This document shows, piece by piece, positions 15,283 through 25,136 of a stretch of DNA of 64,000 nt; positions within the stretch are counted from its first letter, which is position 1, and every line of letters starts with the position of its first letter. This stretch comes from an uncultured Prevotellaceae bacterium (lineage in GTDB: Bacteria > Bacteroidota > Bacteroidia > Bacteroidales > Bacteroidaceae): assembly GCA_947166305.1 (NCBI GenBank), contig CAMVDV010000009.1, positions 11,619 to 75,618 of the forward strand, written 5' to 3'. The notes under the pieces are model-generated. The model was not told where the DNA came from. It ran no database searches and was given only the letters and a program-made list of their open reading frames with translations. The translations under genes were made by a program, and so were the position numbers.

Positions 15283-15301
15283 TACCTTGCGATACAAGGT
15301 A
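15283..15301. promoter_or_regulatory. Perfect palindrome TACCTTG-cgata-CAAGGTA, candidate PadR operator
   Basis: A 7-bp inverted repeat that ends 14 nt upstream of the padR -7 box. Confidence 0.4.
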
Positions 15302-15314
15302 TCTTATAAATGCT

Positions 15315-15322
15315 TACCTTTG
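15315..15322 (+). promoter_or_regulatory. -7 box TACCTTTG for the padR-pspC pair
   Basis: Matches TAnnTTTG, 29 nt upstream of the ATG at 15351. Confidence 0.55.
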
Positions 15323-15350
15323 CACTGACAAACCATCAGAGCCAGTAACC

Positions 15351-15680
15351 ATGAATCCCGACAATTCGAAATCGCAGATGCGCAAGGGTATGCTCGAATA
15401 CTGCATCATGCTCTTGCTCCGACGGCAGCCTTGCTACGCCAACGACATCATCCAGAAGCTCCGCGAGGCCGAGATGATCGTGGTGGAGGGCACGCTCTAT
15501 CCGCTGCTGTCGCGCTTGAAACGCGACGGACTGCTCGGCTACGAGTGGCGGGAGAGCACGCAGGGACCGCCGAGGAAATACTACGTCCTGACTCCCGAAG
15601 GGCAGGATGCCCTCCAACAGCTCGATGCCGGATGGGAGGAAATCCAGCGCACGGTGGCCATCTTGAAAGTTAAGAATTAG
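15351..15680 (+). CDS. PadR family transcriptional regulator
   Basis: LEYCIMLLL...YANDIIQKL...GTLYPLLSRLKRDGLLGYEWRES...PRKYYVLTPEG. Confidence 0.9.
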   Translation: MNPDNSKSQMRKGMLEYCIMLLLRRQPCYANDIIQKLREAEMIVVEGTLYPLLSRLKRDGLLGYEWRESTQGPPRKYYVLTPEGQDALQQLDAGWEEIQRTVAILKVKN

Positions 15681-15752
15681 GAGTTAAGAGTTAAGAGTTG
15701 GAAGTTTTAGTTAAGAGTTAAGAATTAAGAGTTAAGAAAATATGAGTTAAGC
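15667..15752. repeat. Simple tract (GTTAAGAG)n overlapping the padR stop
   Basis: Reads aagttaagaattaggagttaagagttaagagttggaagttttagttaagagttaagaattaagagttaag... Confidence 0.9.
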
Positions 15753-15762
15753 GTTGATAGTA

Positions 15763-15790
15763 TGTAGGGACGCGCCGTGGCGCGTCCGCC
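15763..15790. repeat. REP-like GC hairpin (perfect stem GGACGCGCC/GGCGCGTCC)
   Basis: Reads tgtagGGACGCGCCgtGGCGCGTCCgcc. Confidence 0.85.
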
Positions 15791-15831
15791 AGCAAGGACT
15801 TAAGTAATCATTAAAATCAAACGATACGACT

Positions 15832-16620
15832 ATGAAGAAGAACATCAGCATCAACCTCTTCGGTACATTATATAATATCGACGAGGACGCCTACAATCTG
15901 CTCGAGAGCTACCTGAGGAGTATGCAACGCCAGTTCAGCAGGCAGGAAGGGGGTGCGGAGATTGCCGACGACATTGAGCATCGCGTGGCAGAACTGCTGT
16001 GGCAACGGCGCGAAGCGGGCATGACGGCCGTGGACATCAAGACGGTGAAGGACATCATCGACACTATCGGCGACGCCGAACAGATAGCGGGCGGCGAGCC
16101 AAGGACGGCGGGCGGCGCCAACAACCTCAAGGACGACCTCAAGCAATTCGCCGAGGATGCCGGACGCTTCGCACGCGACTCCTACGACAAGGGCAAGGAG
16201 CACGTCCGCACGCACCGCTTCTATCGCTGTGCCGACGACAAGGTCTTGGGCGGCGTATGCTCAGGATTGTCCATCTACTTCAACGCCGGAGAACCCGTCA
16301 TCTGGCGCCTCGCAGCCATTCTGCTCACGCTCATCGGCATCGGACTGCCTTTGCCTCTCGTCTATCTCGTGGTCTGGCTCGTCACTCCGGCAGCCATCAC
16401 TCCCGAAGACCGCCTTCGTCAGCAAGGCAAGGACATCACGCCCGACAACTTGGCGCAGCAGGTTGCGCGCGACGCGGAACCCGTCGTCGTCAGAAACGAG
16501 AACAAGGGATGCCTGAAGGCCATCCTCATCGTGCTCGGCATCTGCGTCGTGCTGCCGGTCATCGCACTCCTCTTCATCTGGCTCGGAGCGTTCGGAGGAA
16601 TACTCTTCGATATTTTTTAG
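15832..16620 (+). CDS. PspC domain-containing membrane protein
   Basis: FYRCADDKVLGGVCSGLSIYFNAGEPVIWRLAAILLTL plus TM helices. It follows padR, as in many Bacteroidota. Confidence 0.85.
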   Translation: MKKNISINLFGTLYNIDEDAYNLLESYLRSMQRQFSRQEGGAEIADDIEHRVAELLWQRREAGMTAVDIKTVKDIIDTIGDAEQIAGGEPRTAGGANNLKDDLKQFAEDAGRFARDSYDKGKEHVRTHRFYRCADDKVLGGVCSGLSIYFNAGEPVIWRLAAILLTLIGIGLPLPLVYLVVWLVTPAAITPEDRLRQQGKDITPDNLAQQVARDAEPVVVRNENKGCLKAILIVLGICVVLPVIALLFIWLGAFGGILFDIF

Positions 16621-16658
16621 GCGAAACACAAAGGAGTGTGTCATAATACAACCAAGAA

Positions 16659-16754
16659 CTTTTAACCACGAACCAGCACGAGTTGCACGAATTTCGAATA
16701 AACTTTTAATCAAAAGCTGAACGATTCGTGTGATTCGTGCAATTCGTGGTTAAG
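16659..16754. repeat. Inverted arrays of CACGAAT-type 9-10-mers (hairpin element)
   Basis: Left arm cttttaaccacgaaccagcacgagttgcacgaatttcg; right arm cgattcgtgtgattcgtgcaattcgtggttaag. Confidence 0.8.
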
Positions 16755-16799
16755 TCATAAAAGAGGCTGTGCCCGTTCTTTCTGTCACGGTTTCTCCTC

Positions 16800-16822
16800 A
16801 GCCCCTGTACGGGGGCTTTTTT
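16800..16822 (+). terminator. Intrinsic terminator (AGCCCC-tgtacg-GGGGCT + TTTTTT)
   Basis: Stem-loop followed by a T-run in the convergent gap between pspC and sprA. Confidence 0.5.
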
Positions 16823-16855
16823 CTTGGGCTTTCGTTTCTGCCGGACCTCCGTGCG

Positions 16856-19800
16856 CTATCTCGTCAGGGAGAACTTCATGGTCATGCCGAAGTCCTGCGT
16901 GATGGTGGGATAGCTGCTGCTGGAGAGGAGTGGGGCAGAGCGTTGGCGGTCGTAGTAAAGGCTCAGCGTGACCATACGGCTCAGCGTGTAGTCCACCTGC
17001 GCGCTCGTCTTGAAGGCTTTGCTGCCGCTTGTTGCCTCGCAAAGGTTCGTCTGGAGGTCGCGCTTGATGGCGCTCTGGTTGCGGATGCTAAAGTCGAAGC
17101 GCAGGTTCAGGTCGTGGGCTATCTTCTGTCGGCCCGAGTTCTTTCCCCTGGCACCGCCTTGCCTGTCGTTGTTGTCGAGGTCGCCGTTCAGGTTGCCGGC
17201 ATTCCCCTTTCCCTTAGCCTTGCTGCCAGCCGCCACCTTCTCGCTGGCCTTCCGCAGTCGCAGCACGTCGCTCAGCCGGAAGTCATTGATCTTGTAGCCC
17301 CATCCGATGACGAAGTCCTTGGAACCCGTCTCCGTTAGCTGCGCACTCGTCATGCTCAGGTTGAGCACACGCGACGTCTTGTATTCCACCTTGGCGGTCA
17401 TGTTGTTGTTCAGCGTAGCGTTGATGCCGATGAGTGGCGAGAAGTTCTCGTTGATGCTGACGGTGCTGACGTCGAAGAGGCTGCCCGGCAGATAGCCGCC
17501 CGTCGTGGTGTTCTGCACGAAGCCAAGGCCTCCGCTGCCCATACACTCTATCCATGAGCTGTAGGAGTGGTAGGAGCCGACCGCATAGATGCTCTTGTAG
17601 GCATGGGTGAGGTTGACGCTCTTGAAGTGATCGCGCACCCATGGCAGATTACTCAGTCCCTTGTAGTTGATACTCCAGTTGGGCAGCATCTTCCAGAGCG
17701 ACGGGAAGATGTCGAGACCGCTGCCTCCTGCATAGGCATTGAGGAAGGCCGGCACCATGACGTCGGCACTGTACTTGTTCACGGTGCCGTTCTCGGGATT
17801 GAACGTGCCGCTCATGCCCGTGCCTTGCGGATAGCGTATGCCATGATAGCGGGCTTCGACGCGTTGCTGATAGACGTCGAGGTTCTCCTGGAACTTCTGG
17901 AACGTGCGGCTGTAGTAGCCGTTGTCGGCAGAGCCAATGCTTGCGAAGGCAGAGCCAATGCTGATGGTCGTCATGTTGAACGAACCGCTGTGCGTGGGCG
18001 GAGTGCCGTACATGTATTGAATACTCTTGTTCCTGTTGTCTGTCCGACTCATGTTGAGGTCGATCTTGAGGTCAGTGAAAGGCTCAAGCGTCATCTTCAC
18101 TTGCACGTCTTCCGTCTTGCTTGTCGTGGCGGGAGTCGCCACGCTGTCGCTGCCAAGAAGCCACCCTCGCTCCTTAGCCTTGTCGAGATAGGAGTCGTCC
18201 ACAAAGCCGAATGCAAAGTCGAGGCCCGGCGTGAAGACTCCACCCAGTTTCCTTTGTCCGAGCATGTCGCCCACGTCTGGCAGGAAGCCCGGCACGGAGA
18301 GGTTGTAGGTGTTGCGGTAGGTGACGCTCACGTTGCGCACCATCATCAGGAAGCGTGCCGCCGTCTGTGCCAAACCGTACCACTTCTGTTCCGAAAGTTT
18401 GGGCAAGGCAACGACATTGAGCCTTACGCTCGTGGTGTCGACCGGTGTCTTTACAATCTTGATGCTGTTCTCGTCAACCTTCTTGAACTTGATGTTGTAG
18501 GCAAAGCCACTGCTGTCGCGAGCCGTCACGCGGACGCGCTTCGACTTCTGGCCGTGGTTTATCACGAGATCGGAGTCGGGGAAGAGCGTAATCTCCTGCA
18601 CGAAGCCCTTGTTCTCTGGTTTCTTCTTGGTGCTGACGCCTGCCACGTTGCTCTGCTTGGTGGTTCCCTTCTGTCCTCTTGCCAAGATGCTGTCCACGGG
18701 TTCGCCTGTCTCCATCGATTCTTGCTCTGCTTTCTTGCGTGCATCCTTCTCCTTCTCCTTTTCCGCCTTCTTGGCTTTGTCCTCTCGCTCCTTTTCCATA
18801 CGCTTCTGATTAGCTCCGGCTCGGGCATTAGAGGCAGAGAATCGCTTGTTAGCCTCCTGCAGGAACTTGCTATGGTTGTAGAGTTTCTCGAGGTCAATCC
18901 TTCCGTTGATGTTGACGGTGCGCTGGGTGTTGATGTTGTTGCCAAGCGACGGACGTCCCTGACGCTCGGCTCCACGCTTCCAAGTGTAGTTGGCAGAGTA
19001 GGAAGCATCGGCAGATACCCAGTCGAGCACAGGAATCTTCTCGAGCGGAAGCTTGTAGCTTAGCTGCGTATTCTGCGTGTAGTCGAGCGGACGGCCAAAG
19101 TGTCGCAGGCTCATCTTCACGGAGTCCTTCCACGCTTCGTAGCGGTCGGGATAGAGGTCCTTGTTGATTTGTGTATAAGGCTCTTCAATCTCAGCCCTCG
19201 TGCCGCTCTGGAAGGAGAAGTGCAGGGCCTTGAAGATGTCCCACTTGAGCGAGAAGTTGCGGTTCCAAGTCCAGTTCTGACTGAAGGTGGCAGGCAGGGA
19301 TGAGAAGTCGCCAGGGTTTTCGAGGTCGCGCTCTTGAAGCTCGTAGTAGTTACGATTCATGTCGGTGGAGAACGTAATGCTCTGCGGCGCAAAGGCGAGG
19401 TTCTGTGCCTTGATGATGTCCAGCCATTTGCTCTTTCCCTTAAGGTTCTTGAATGGCTCCCATGACTTCCAGTTCGGGCTCCAGGAATAGTTGATGTTTG
19501 CCTTCCAGTTCAGTTCGCGTTCATAGACCGTCGTTTGCCCTTCCGTGTATTGTGTGGAACGACTGAAGCCGAAGGTGAAGTTGGCAGGGTCGTAGGGCAT
19601 GGGGTGCTTGGTGGAACTGATGTTGAGTCTTACACCATTGAAGGAGAGGTTCTTGTTAGTCTCCGTATGATTAGTCAGGCTTTTGAGTGAGTCGCGCTGC
19701 TGTTGGTTGGCAAGTGCGTCGAGGGCATCACCGAGGAGCATGTCGGTGTCGAAGGGATTGTACTTTGGCGAAACCTTCTCCTTACTATAACTATAGTACA

Positions 19801-22800
19801 TCGGCACGGTAAGCTTTGCCTTTTCGGGAAGGAGTCGGCCGAGGTCGAAGTTGGTGGTGATGGCATAGTTGAGGTTATCCTCGTTCTTTCGTTGTGCCAC
19901 ACTTTGCTCGATGCCGCCGAAGCCGGACGTTATCATCTTGGCCGTGGCGTTGACCGAGCCGAGGTCGCTCAGTTGTACTTGCAGGCTTCCCTGTGCTGCC
20001 CAACCGCCGTTGTTGCTGAATTCTTGCAGACGGAGTTCGTTGGCCCAGACCTCGATGCTTTTCGTCTTGCCGCTGTTGTTGCGGATGCCTATCATGATGG
20101 TCTTCACTTCGCCGAGCGTCGGGTTGCCCATGATGGAGATACGGTTGTTGGGATGATTCTCGTCGTAGGTCGTGAAGAGTCGGTTCATGGAAGCTATGCC
20201 GAGACTTGCTTGTGAGTTGCGTTGCTTCTTGAGGTCTGTGAAGAGGTCGAAGTTGATGTCGACCATATTCTCTGAAGGCCATACTGCCAGACAGCCTGCT
20301 GCGCTGTAGGTGTCGTAGTTGCCTTCGGGCGTAATCCTCAAGGGTACTTCGTATTCATAGTAGTTACTCTTGTAGTCGGAGCCAAGACGGATGAAGACGC
20401 TGCACTCGCCGTCGGCAGTGTTGGTGATGTTCTCTGCCAAAGCATTGGCATGGACATACATCTGCAGATGTTTGTACTGCCGCATGTCGTAGTTGCAGTT
20501 CTTGTATACAGCCTTGGCTTCGCTTCCTCCAAGGTTGCGTGCCACCATGCACATGGCTTGCTCGTTAGCCTCGACGAGTTGCGACTGCGAAGGGTCGGTG
20601 ATGCGCGTGATGCCGGGAGGCAACACATAGTTGACGGGCTGCTTGTCGTTGTTCTCTTCGATGCAGACGGTGCTGACTTCGAGTGTGCCGTTTCCTGTCG
20701 AAGCGACGTTGCCGTTGTAGAGCGGTTGCTGATAAGTCCTCCAGTCGCCTTGCACGAGGTCGAGGGTGGCGAGGCGGAGGATGGTTTCTTCCTCGAAGCC
20801 CGTCATGAAGATACGCATGAAGCGGATGCTTGTGAAGTCGCGGATGCTGCCTTCCTTGCTTTCGTATTCTGTGAGAGGGATGCGGAAGAGATACCATGTG
20901 CAATCTTCTGTGTTGCCGTTACGAAGCTTAACGCTTGCTATGCGCTTGTCGGCGATGTGGTTTTGTCCCACAACCATGTCTTCGGGACGAATGCTGACGT
21001 GGTACTGATAGTATTTCTCGTATTCGTTGAGCGTGTAGTCTTGATTGATGTCTTCCACGTCGGGTGTCGACTTCCATGCTGTCTCGTAGGATTCCGGACT
21101 CGTGTCGGAGTCTGCGCTGTTGCCTTGCGGCATGTTGATGCGCTTGTAGCGGTTGAGGATGGAGGTCTGCAGTTGGTCGAAGTCTGTGCCGCGATAGTAA
21201 TGATAGTTGTCGTTGGCGGGGTCATTGTAGAGGCTGTCATAGACTGCGGGCGACACTTTGCTTTGCATCTGTTGGAGGTAGTCGGTGTAGAGGCTGAAGT
21301 TGCGTTCTTCCTCATCGTTCAGTCCGTTGAGGCCGACATCTTGGCGAGCGCGTGCTCCTGCTTCGTTGTTGAAGGCATAAGTCACACTGCTGCTGTTGGG
21401 GATGCGTCCCCAATACCCTTCGGTGAAGTATTGTGGATTGCCATCGACAGGCATTCCGCTTTCAAAGTATTTCTTTCCGTCCTTCAGGATATCTTCGGAT
21501 ACTTCGCCGAGATTGAAATAGAGGTCTCCTCCGTGATTGCCCGGCTGGTTGCGTTTGTAGATGAAGGGATCCATCATCCAGAACTCGATGTATTGGATGT
21601 TCTGTGCCTCGAAGTCTGTGTTGTCGAGCTTGCGCATCATGCCGCCCCATGTTTCCTGCGGATGCTTGAGGTGTCCGTCCTGGTCAACATCTGTGGAGAG
21701 ATTGTATGCACCACGTTCTTTTGGATAGAAGGCGAGGTTGAGAACGTTCAGTCCCGTGGCGCTGGTGTAGTTGTTCTGCGACTTTTGTGGATAGAGCTCG
21801 CGCTCATAGACTTCGCGGACGTAGTGGCTCGAGAGTTGGTCGAGGTCGCTTTTGATGTGGCTGGGAGTGAGTGTACTGCTGCGTCGCGTGAAAATGGGAT
21901 CTACGTAGTACCAAGCCAGGAGCGAGCGGTTGTAGCCGTAGGCAGCGTCGCCCGTCAGCTTGCTTTCGGCAAACATGCTTGGTGTGCTCGACATGCTCCA
22001 ATAGGTTGGTTGCGTCAGACTGTTCTTGATGCTGCTGCTCTCGAAGTCGTCGAGGTAGGAAGCATCGCCTTGTACGCTGTGGTTCTGACCAGCGATGAGC
22101 TGTGCGAACTCTCCGTTGAAGGCGATGAAGCTGGGCTGTGTACACTGGATGAGCGGCAGTTTGTCGATGATGTTGGTGAGCCATTGGCTTTCTTTCTTCC
22201 AGCTGATGTGGAAGCCCCAGAGTGTGTTCTTCAGCGGTTCGTTGCCCATGCTCACCTTTGTTGTGAGGGGTTGTTCGCTGAGATACATCAGCGTGCCGCC
22301 CACGGTGAAGTTCTTGTTGATTTCGTAGTCAAGGTTCAGTCCGAGCATCGTCTTGCGTTGCATGCCGTAGGTGTCGTTGCTTTCCACTGAAGCGCTGATG
22401 TTCGTGCCTGCTTCGATGAGGCTTTGGTTGATGATCGTGACGCGCCCCATGTTGTAGTCCACCGTGTAGTCTGTGTTCTCGGTGAGTGTAGTTCCGCCGG
22501 CAGTGACGACAACGGAGCCTCGCGCCACGTTGGTCACGCCGAGGTCTATCTCTCCTGCATTCGTGCCTTTGTAACGGCCGGTGAGCATGAACTTGTCGTG
22601 TTCGGAGATTTGTTTAGCTACGGTCTTCGTGCTGTCGTAGAGTTCGCGGAAGCAATACTTGTTGGCGAGAGCCGGGTCGCCTATCCATTTGGCCAGGTGT
22701 TCGCCGAAAGGTTCTGCCACGGGGAAGATGATGCGTCCCTTGCTGATGGTGTAGCCTTCCACGAAGTCGAACTGGCCGTTGGGATGCGGATTGTTCTTTG

Positions 22801-24682
22801 CGTCCAGTCGGTCGAGGTTCATGGCCCTGATGAGGATGGTGTTCTTGAGCTTTTCTTCGGGCAGATAGCTCAGATAGACACCAGTGGAGTCGCTCTGGTA
22901 CTTGATGTCGAGGCGGAACTTGTCGGCCATCACTTTCTGAGTGCCGAGGTAATAGACGTTCTTCATCATCAGTCGCCAAGTGGGAAGTGCGGGGCTGCCG
23001 GTGGTTCCTTTAAGCAGTTTGACGAAGAGAGCCTTCGAGTTGTCGGTGATGTCGCTGGCAAATTCGCCCACTTGGTACGTTGTGCCCATGTAGGTGTACT
23101 CGTAGGCCACGGCCAGCACGTCGTCCACCTGCAGTGTGCTGGTAAGGCTGACGTAGCCAAGGGCATTGTTGACGGTGTACTCCGACGTAGAGAGCTTCCT
23201 GGCAGCCTGCAGCTTTTCGTAGTCGACGCTTCCGTAGAACTTGTTGATGCCGTCCAGTATGTTTGTGGCTTGCGATATGTCGCGGGCGTCGGCGTAGTCA
23301 GTGACCATACGCTCGTATTCCGTGTTCGAGCGGTTGCTCGGCACGTTGATGCCGGCGTTCGTCCAGAGTCCTGTATTATAGATGTAAGAGGGTTCGCCGA
23401 GGTCGGCCAGTGCGATGACGTTGCGGTTGTTCTCAGTCTTGCCGCTTTTGTTCGTGACCCAAATCTCCACGCGCTTGATGTTGATGCCGCTCGAGATGGT
23501 GGGCAGCGACTCCATGTTCTTGTCGTAACGCTCGCGGAAGAAGTGGGAGAGGAAGAAGTGACGGTTCTCTTCGTAGTTGGTTGCACTGAACTCAAAGTTG
23601 GTGGTCTGCGAGCCGCCCTTGCTGTTTACGCTGGAGCTGGCGCTCTTCTTCTGGCTGACTACGGACTGAATCTTCAGCTTGCCGAACTGTACGTCAGTGC
23701 GCAGACCGAAGAGGCTGCTCACACCTGAGACGAGGCTTATGTTCGAGGGGAACGATACGTTGCCGGCTTCGATGAGCTTGACGATTTCGTCTTCCTTGCC
23801 GTCGTATTTGAGTTTGAGGTTCTGGGCGTCGTAGTCGAAGGTGGCCTGCGTGTTGTAGTTCAGGTTCATGTTGATTTTGTCGCCCACCTTACCGTTGAGG
23901 CTGAGGTTGATCTTCTCGTCGAAGTCGAAGCCGATGGTCTTGCGCCTGGATGCAGCGAGGGCAGGATTGTTCACCTTCTTCGAGTTGATGCCCATCTTGA
24001 GCTCGGCGCTGCCTTGTGTCTTTATCTGCACACCGCCCGGGCCGAATATCTTTTCTGCAGGGCCGAGGTCGAAGTGCATGTCGGTGAAGTCGAACTTGTT
24101 TTTGCCTTCGGCTTCAAAGGCTTCTGCATTCTTCTGCCGCCAGTATTGCTGCATGCTGTTCTGCAAGGACCACTGCTGATACTCTTCGGGCGTCATCAGC
24201 AGGGGAGCGTTGATGAATCCCGTGGCAGTGCCGAGCGTATATCCAGACCTTCCTGGCAGGATGCTTCCTGATGAAGCTCCGGCTGCTCCTGTCTGCGACG
24301 AGCTTGACGATGAAGTGCTTCCGCCGCGGGTGCTGCTTGTCTTGGGCATAGAGCTTTGCCCGCCTTTTGTGCCCTGACCCTTTCCTGCACCGCCGCCTTC
24401 GCCTTCGGCGAGCGTGGTGCCAATGGTGTAGGTGTTGTCCTTTTCGTCGTAGATGACCTCGGTCTTCAGGTTGTCGGGGTCTTTCAGATCGGCTGTTTTC
24501 TTGCGGAGGTTCTTTGTGTTGTCGGCACCGGTCTTGCGTACGGAGTAGCGAGGTTTGCCGTCGGGCACAGTGTCAGCAGGTACAGACTGTGCCTGCCACC
24601 CTGTACCTACCATAGAAGGTGCTGCCGGCACGATGATACACAGCAGCACCACGAGAGCTAATATGAATTTGCGCGCGCTCAT
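16856..24682 (-). CDS. sprA: T9SS translocon protein SprA
   Basis: 2608-aa outer-membrane protein with a signal peptide, an N-terminal low-complexity G/S region, and size and sequence typical of SprA. Recognised by overall similarity from memory. Confidence 0.9.
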   Translation of the reverse strand: MSARKFILALVVLLCIIVPAAPSMVGTGWQAQSVPADTVPDGKPRYSVRKTGADNTKNLRKKTADLKDPDNLKTEVIYDEKDNTYTIGTTLAEGEGGGAGKGQGTKGGQSSMPKTSSTRGGSTSSSSSSQTGAAGASSGSILPGRSGYTLGTATGFINAPLLMTPEEYQQWSLQNSMQQYWRQKNAEAFEAEGKNKFDFTDMHFDLGPAEKIFGPGGVQIKTQGSAELKMGINSKKVNNPALAASRRKTIGFDFDEKINLSLNGKVGDKINMNLNYNTQATFDYDAQNLKLKYDGKEDEIVKLIEAGNVSFPSNISLVSGVSSLFGLRTDVQFGKLKIQSVVSQKKSASSSVNSKGGSQTTNFEFSATNYEENRHFFLSHFFRERYDKNMESLPTISSGINIKRVEIWVTNKSGKTENNRNVIALADLGEPSYIYNTGLWTNAGINVPSNRSNTEYERMVTDYADARDISQATNILDGINKFYGSVDYEKLQAARKLSTSEYTVNNALGYVSLTSTLQVDDVLAVAYEYTYMGTTYQVGEFASDITDNSKALFVKLLKGTTGSPALPTWRLMMKNVYYLGTQKVMADKFRLDIKYQSDSTGVYLSYLPEEKLKNTILIRAMNLDRLDAKNNPHPNGQFDFVEGYTISKGRIIFPVAEPFGEHLAKWIGDPALANKYCFRELYDSTKTVAKQISEHDKFMLTGRYKGTNAGEIDLGVTNVARGSVVVTAGGTTLTENTDYTVDYNMGRVTIINQSLIEAGTNISASVESNDTYGMQRKTMLGLNLDYEINKNFTVGGTLMYLSEQPLTTKVSMGNEPLKNTLWGFHISWKKESQWLTNIIDKLPLIQCTQPSFIAFNGEFAQLIAGQNHSVQGDASYLDDFESSSIKNSLTQPTYWSMSSTPSMFAESKLTGDAAYGYNRSLLAWYYVDPIFTRRSSTLTPSHIKSDLDQLSSHYVREVYERELYPQKSQNNYTSATGLNVLNLAFYPKERGAYNLSTDVDQDGHLKHPQETWGGMMRKLDNTDFEAQNIQYIEFWMMDPFIYKRNQPGNHGGDLYFNLGEVSEDILKDGKKYFESGMPVDGNPQYFTEGYWGRIPNSSSVTYAFNNEAGARARQDVGLNGLNDEEERNFSLYTDYLQQMQSKVSPAVYDSLYNDPANDNYHYYRGTDFDQLQTSILNRYKRINMPQGNSADSDTSPESYETAWKSTPDVEDINQDYTLNEYEKYYQYHVSIRPEDMVVGQNHIADKRIASVKLRNGNTEDCTWYLFRIPLTEYESKEGSIRDFTSIRFMRIFMTGFEEETILRLATLDLVQGDWRTYQQPLYNGNVASTGNGTLEVSTVCIEENNDKQPVNYVLPPGITRITDPSQSQLVEANEQAMCMVARNLGGSEAKAVYKNCNYDMRQYKHLQMYVHANALAENITNTADGECSVFIRLGSDYKSNYYEYEVPLRITPEGNYDTYSAAGCLAVWPSENMVDINFDLFTDLKKQRNSQASLGIASMNRLFTTYDENHPNNRISIMGNPTLGEVKTIMIGIRNNSGKTKSIEVWANELRLQEFSNNGGWAAQGSLQVQLSDLGSVNATAKMITSGFGGIEQSVAQRKNEDNLNYAITTNFDLGRLLPEKAKLTVPMYYSYSKEKVSPKYNPFDTDMLLGDALDALANQQQRDSLKSLTNHTETNKNLSFNGVRLNISSTKHPMPYDPANFTFGFSRSTQYTEGQTTVYERELNWKANINYSWSPNWKSWEPFKNLKGKSKWLDIIKAQNLAFAPQSITFSTDMNRNYYELQERDLENPGDFSSLPATFSQNWTWNRNFSLKWDIFKALHFSFQSGTRAEIEEPYTQINKDLYPDRYEAWKDSVKMSLRHFGRPLDYTQNTQLSYKLPLEKIPVLDWVSADASYSANYTWKRGAERQGRPSLGNNINTQRTVNINGRIDLEKLYNHSKFLQEANKRFSASNARAGANQKRMEKEREDKAKKAEKEKEKDARKKAEQESMETGEPVDSILARGQKGTTKQSNVAGVSTKKKPENKGFVQEITLFPDSDLVINHGQKSKRVRVTARDSSGFAYNIKFKKVDENSIKIVKTPVDTTSVRLNVVALPKLSEQKWYGLAQTAARFLMMVRNVSVTYRNTYNLSVPGFLPDVGDMLGQRKLGGVFTPGLDFAFGFVDDSYLDKAKERGWLLGSDSVATPATTSKTEDVQVKMTLEPFTDLKIDLNMSRTDNRNKSIQYMYGTPPTHSGSFNMTTISIGSAFASIGSADNGYYSRTFQKFQENLDVYQQRVEARYHGIRYPQGTGMSGTFNPENGTVNKYSADVMVPAFLNAYAGGSGLDIFPSLWKMLPNWSINYKGLSNLPWVRDHFKSVNLTHAYKSIYAVGSYHSYSSWIECMGSGGLGFVQNTTTGGYLPGSLFDVSTVSINENFSPLIGINATLNNNMTAKVEYKTSRVLNLSMTSAQLTETGSKDFVIGWGYKINDFRLSDVLRLRKASEKVAAGSKAKGKGNAGNLNGDLDNNDRQGGARGKNSGRQKIAHDLNLRFDFSIRNQSAIKRDLQTNLCEATSGSKAFKTSAQVDYTLSRMVTLSLYYDRQRSAPLLSSSSYPTITQDFGMTMKFSLTR

Positions 24683-24840
24683 GTTATATAATTAACGTAG
24701 GCGCGCGTCCTTTTATTGTATATATAGGGCTCTTTTTTTGTCTTTGGCATCAAAAGCGTCCGGCAGAGAGGAGAAAGGACACTTCGCGCGGGAACTCCAA
24801 GTTGCGAATAATCAAGGCACTATAGGGTCGTCTGTGAATC

Positions 24841-24980
24841 TCGTGTGGAGTTTGCGAACTTCTCGTGTGGAGTTTGCGAACTTCTCGTGTGGAGTTTGCG
24901 AACTTCTCACGTTTAGTTTGCGAACTAACCACGTTTAGTTTGTTAATTAACCACGTTTAGTTTACGAACTAACCACGTTG
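24841..24980. repeat. Tandem array, ~6.3 x 22 bp (TCGTGTGGAGTTTGCGAACTTC x3, then CACGTTTAGTTTGCGAACTAAC x3)
   Basis: Contiguous units in the divergent sprA/ruvA intergenic region. Same family as 43794-43873. Confidence 0.9.
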
Positions 24981-25005
24981 TCCGCCCCCAGAACCACCTC
25001 TCCTT

Positions 25006-25036
25006 GTGGGGATGCACCGTGGCGCGTCGCCACGGG
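25006..25036. repeat. REP-like hairpin, degenerate copy
   Basis: Reads tgtggGGATGCACCgtGGCGCGTCgccacgg. Confidence 0.5.
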
Positions 25037-25106
25037 CAAAACGGCTTACATGAGCTTTGCCTTGATTTTTTGTCCGCTGGAAGCGTGTTTTTTCAGTTTT
25101 TTTTCT

Positions 25107-25114
25107 TATCTTTG
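25107..25114 (+). promoter_or_regulatory. -7 box TATCTTTG for ruvA
   Basis: Matches TAnnTTTG, 23 nt upstream of the ATG at 25137. Confidence 0.55.
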
Positions 25115-25136
25115 CACGGAAAAACTTTAGAAACGC

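Noticed and set aside
13821-15350. tmRNA (ssrA) next to smpB.
   Set aside because: There is no tRNA-like acceptor/T-arm or tag-ORF-like sequence in the flanking non-coding DNA. That DNA consists of tracts, a degenerate REP and a 22-mer array.
17567-23728. Plus-strand ORFs of 498, 646 and 434 aa inside sprA.
   Set aside because: Their composition is Val/Ala/Gly/His-rich and typical of antisense GC3-rich frames. They have no motifs, and they lie entirely within the clearly recognisable SprA CDS.
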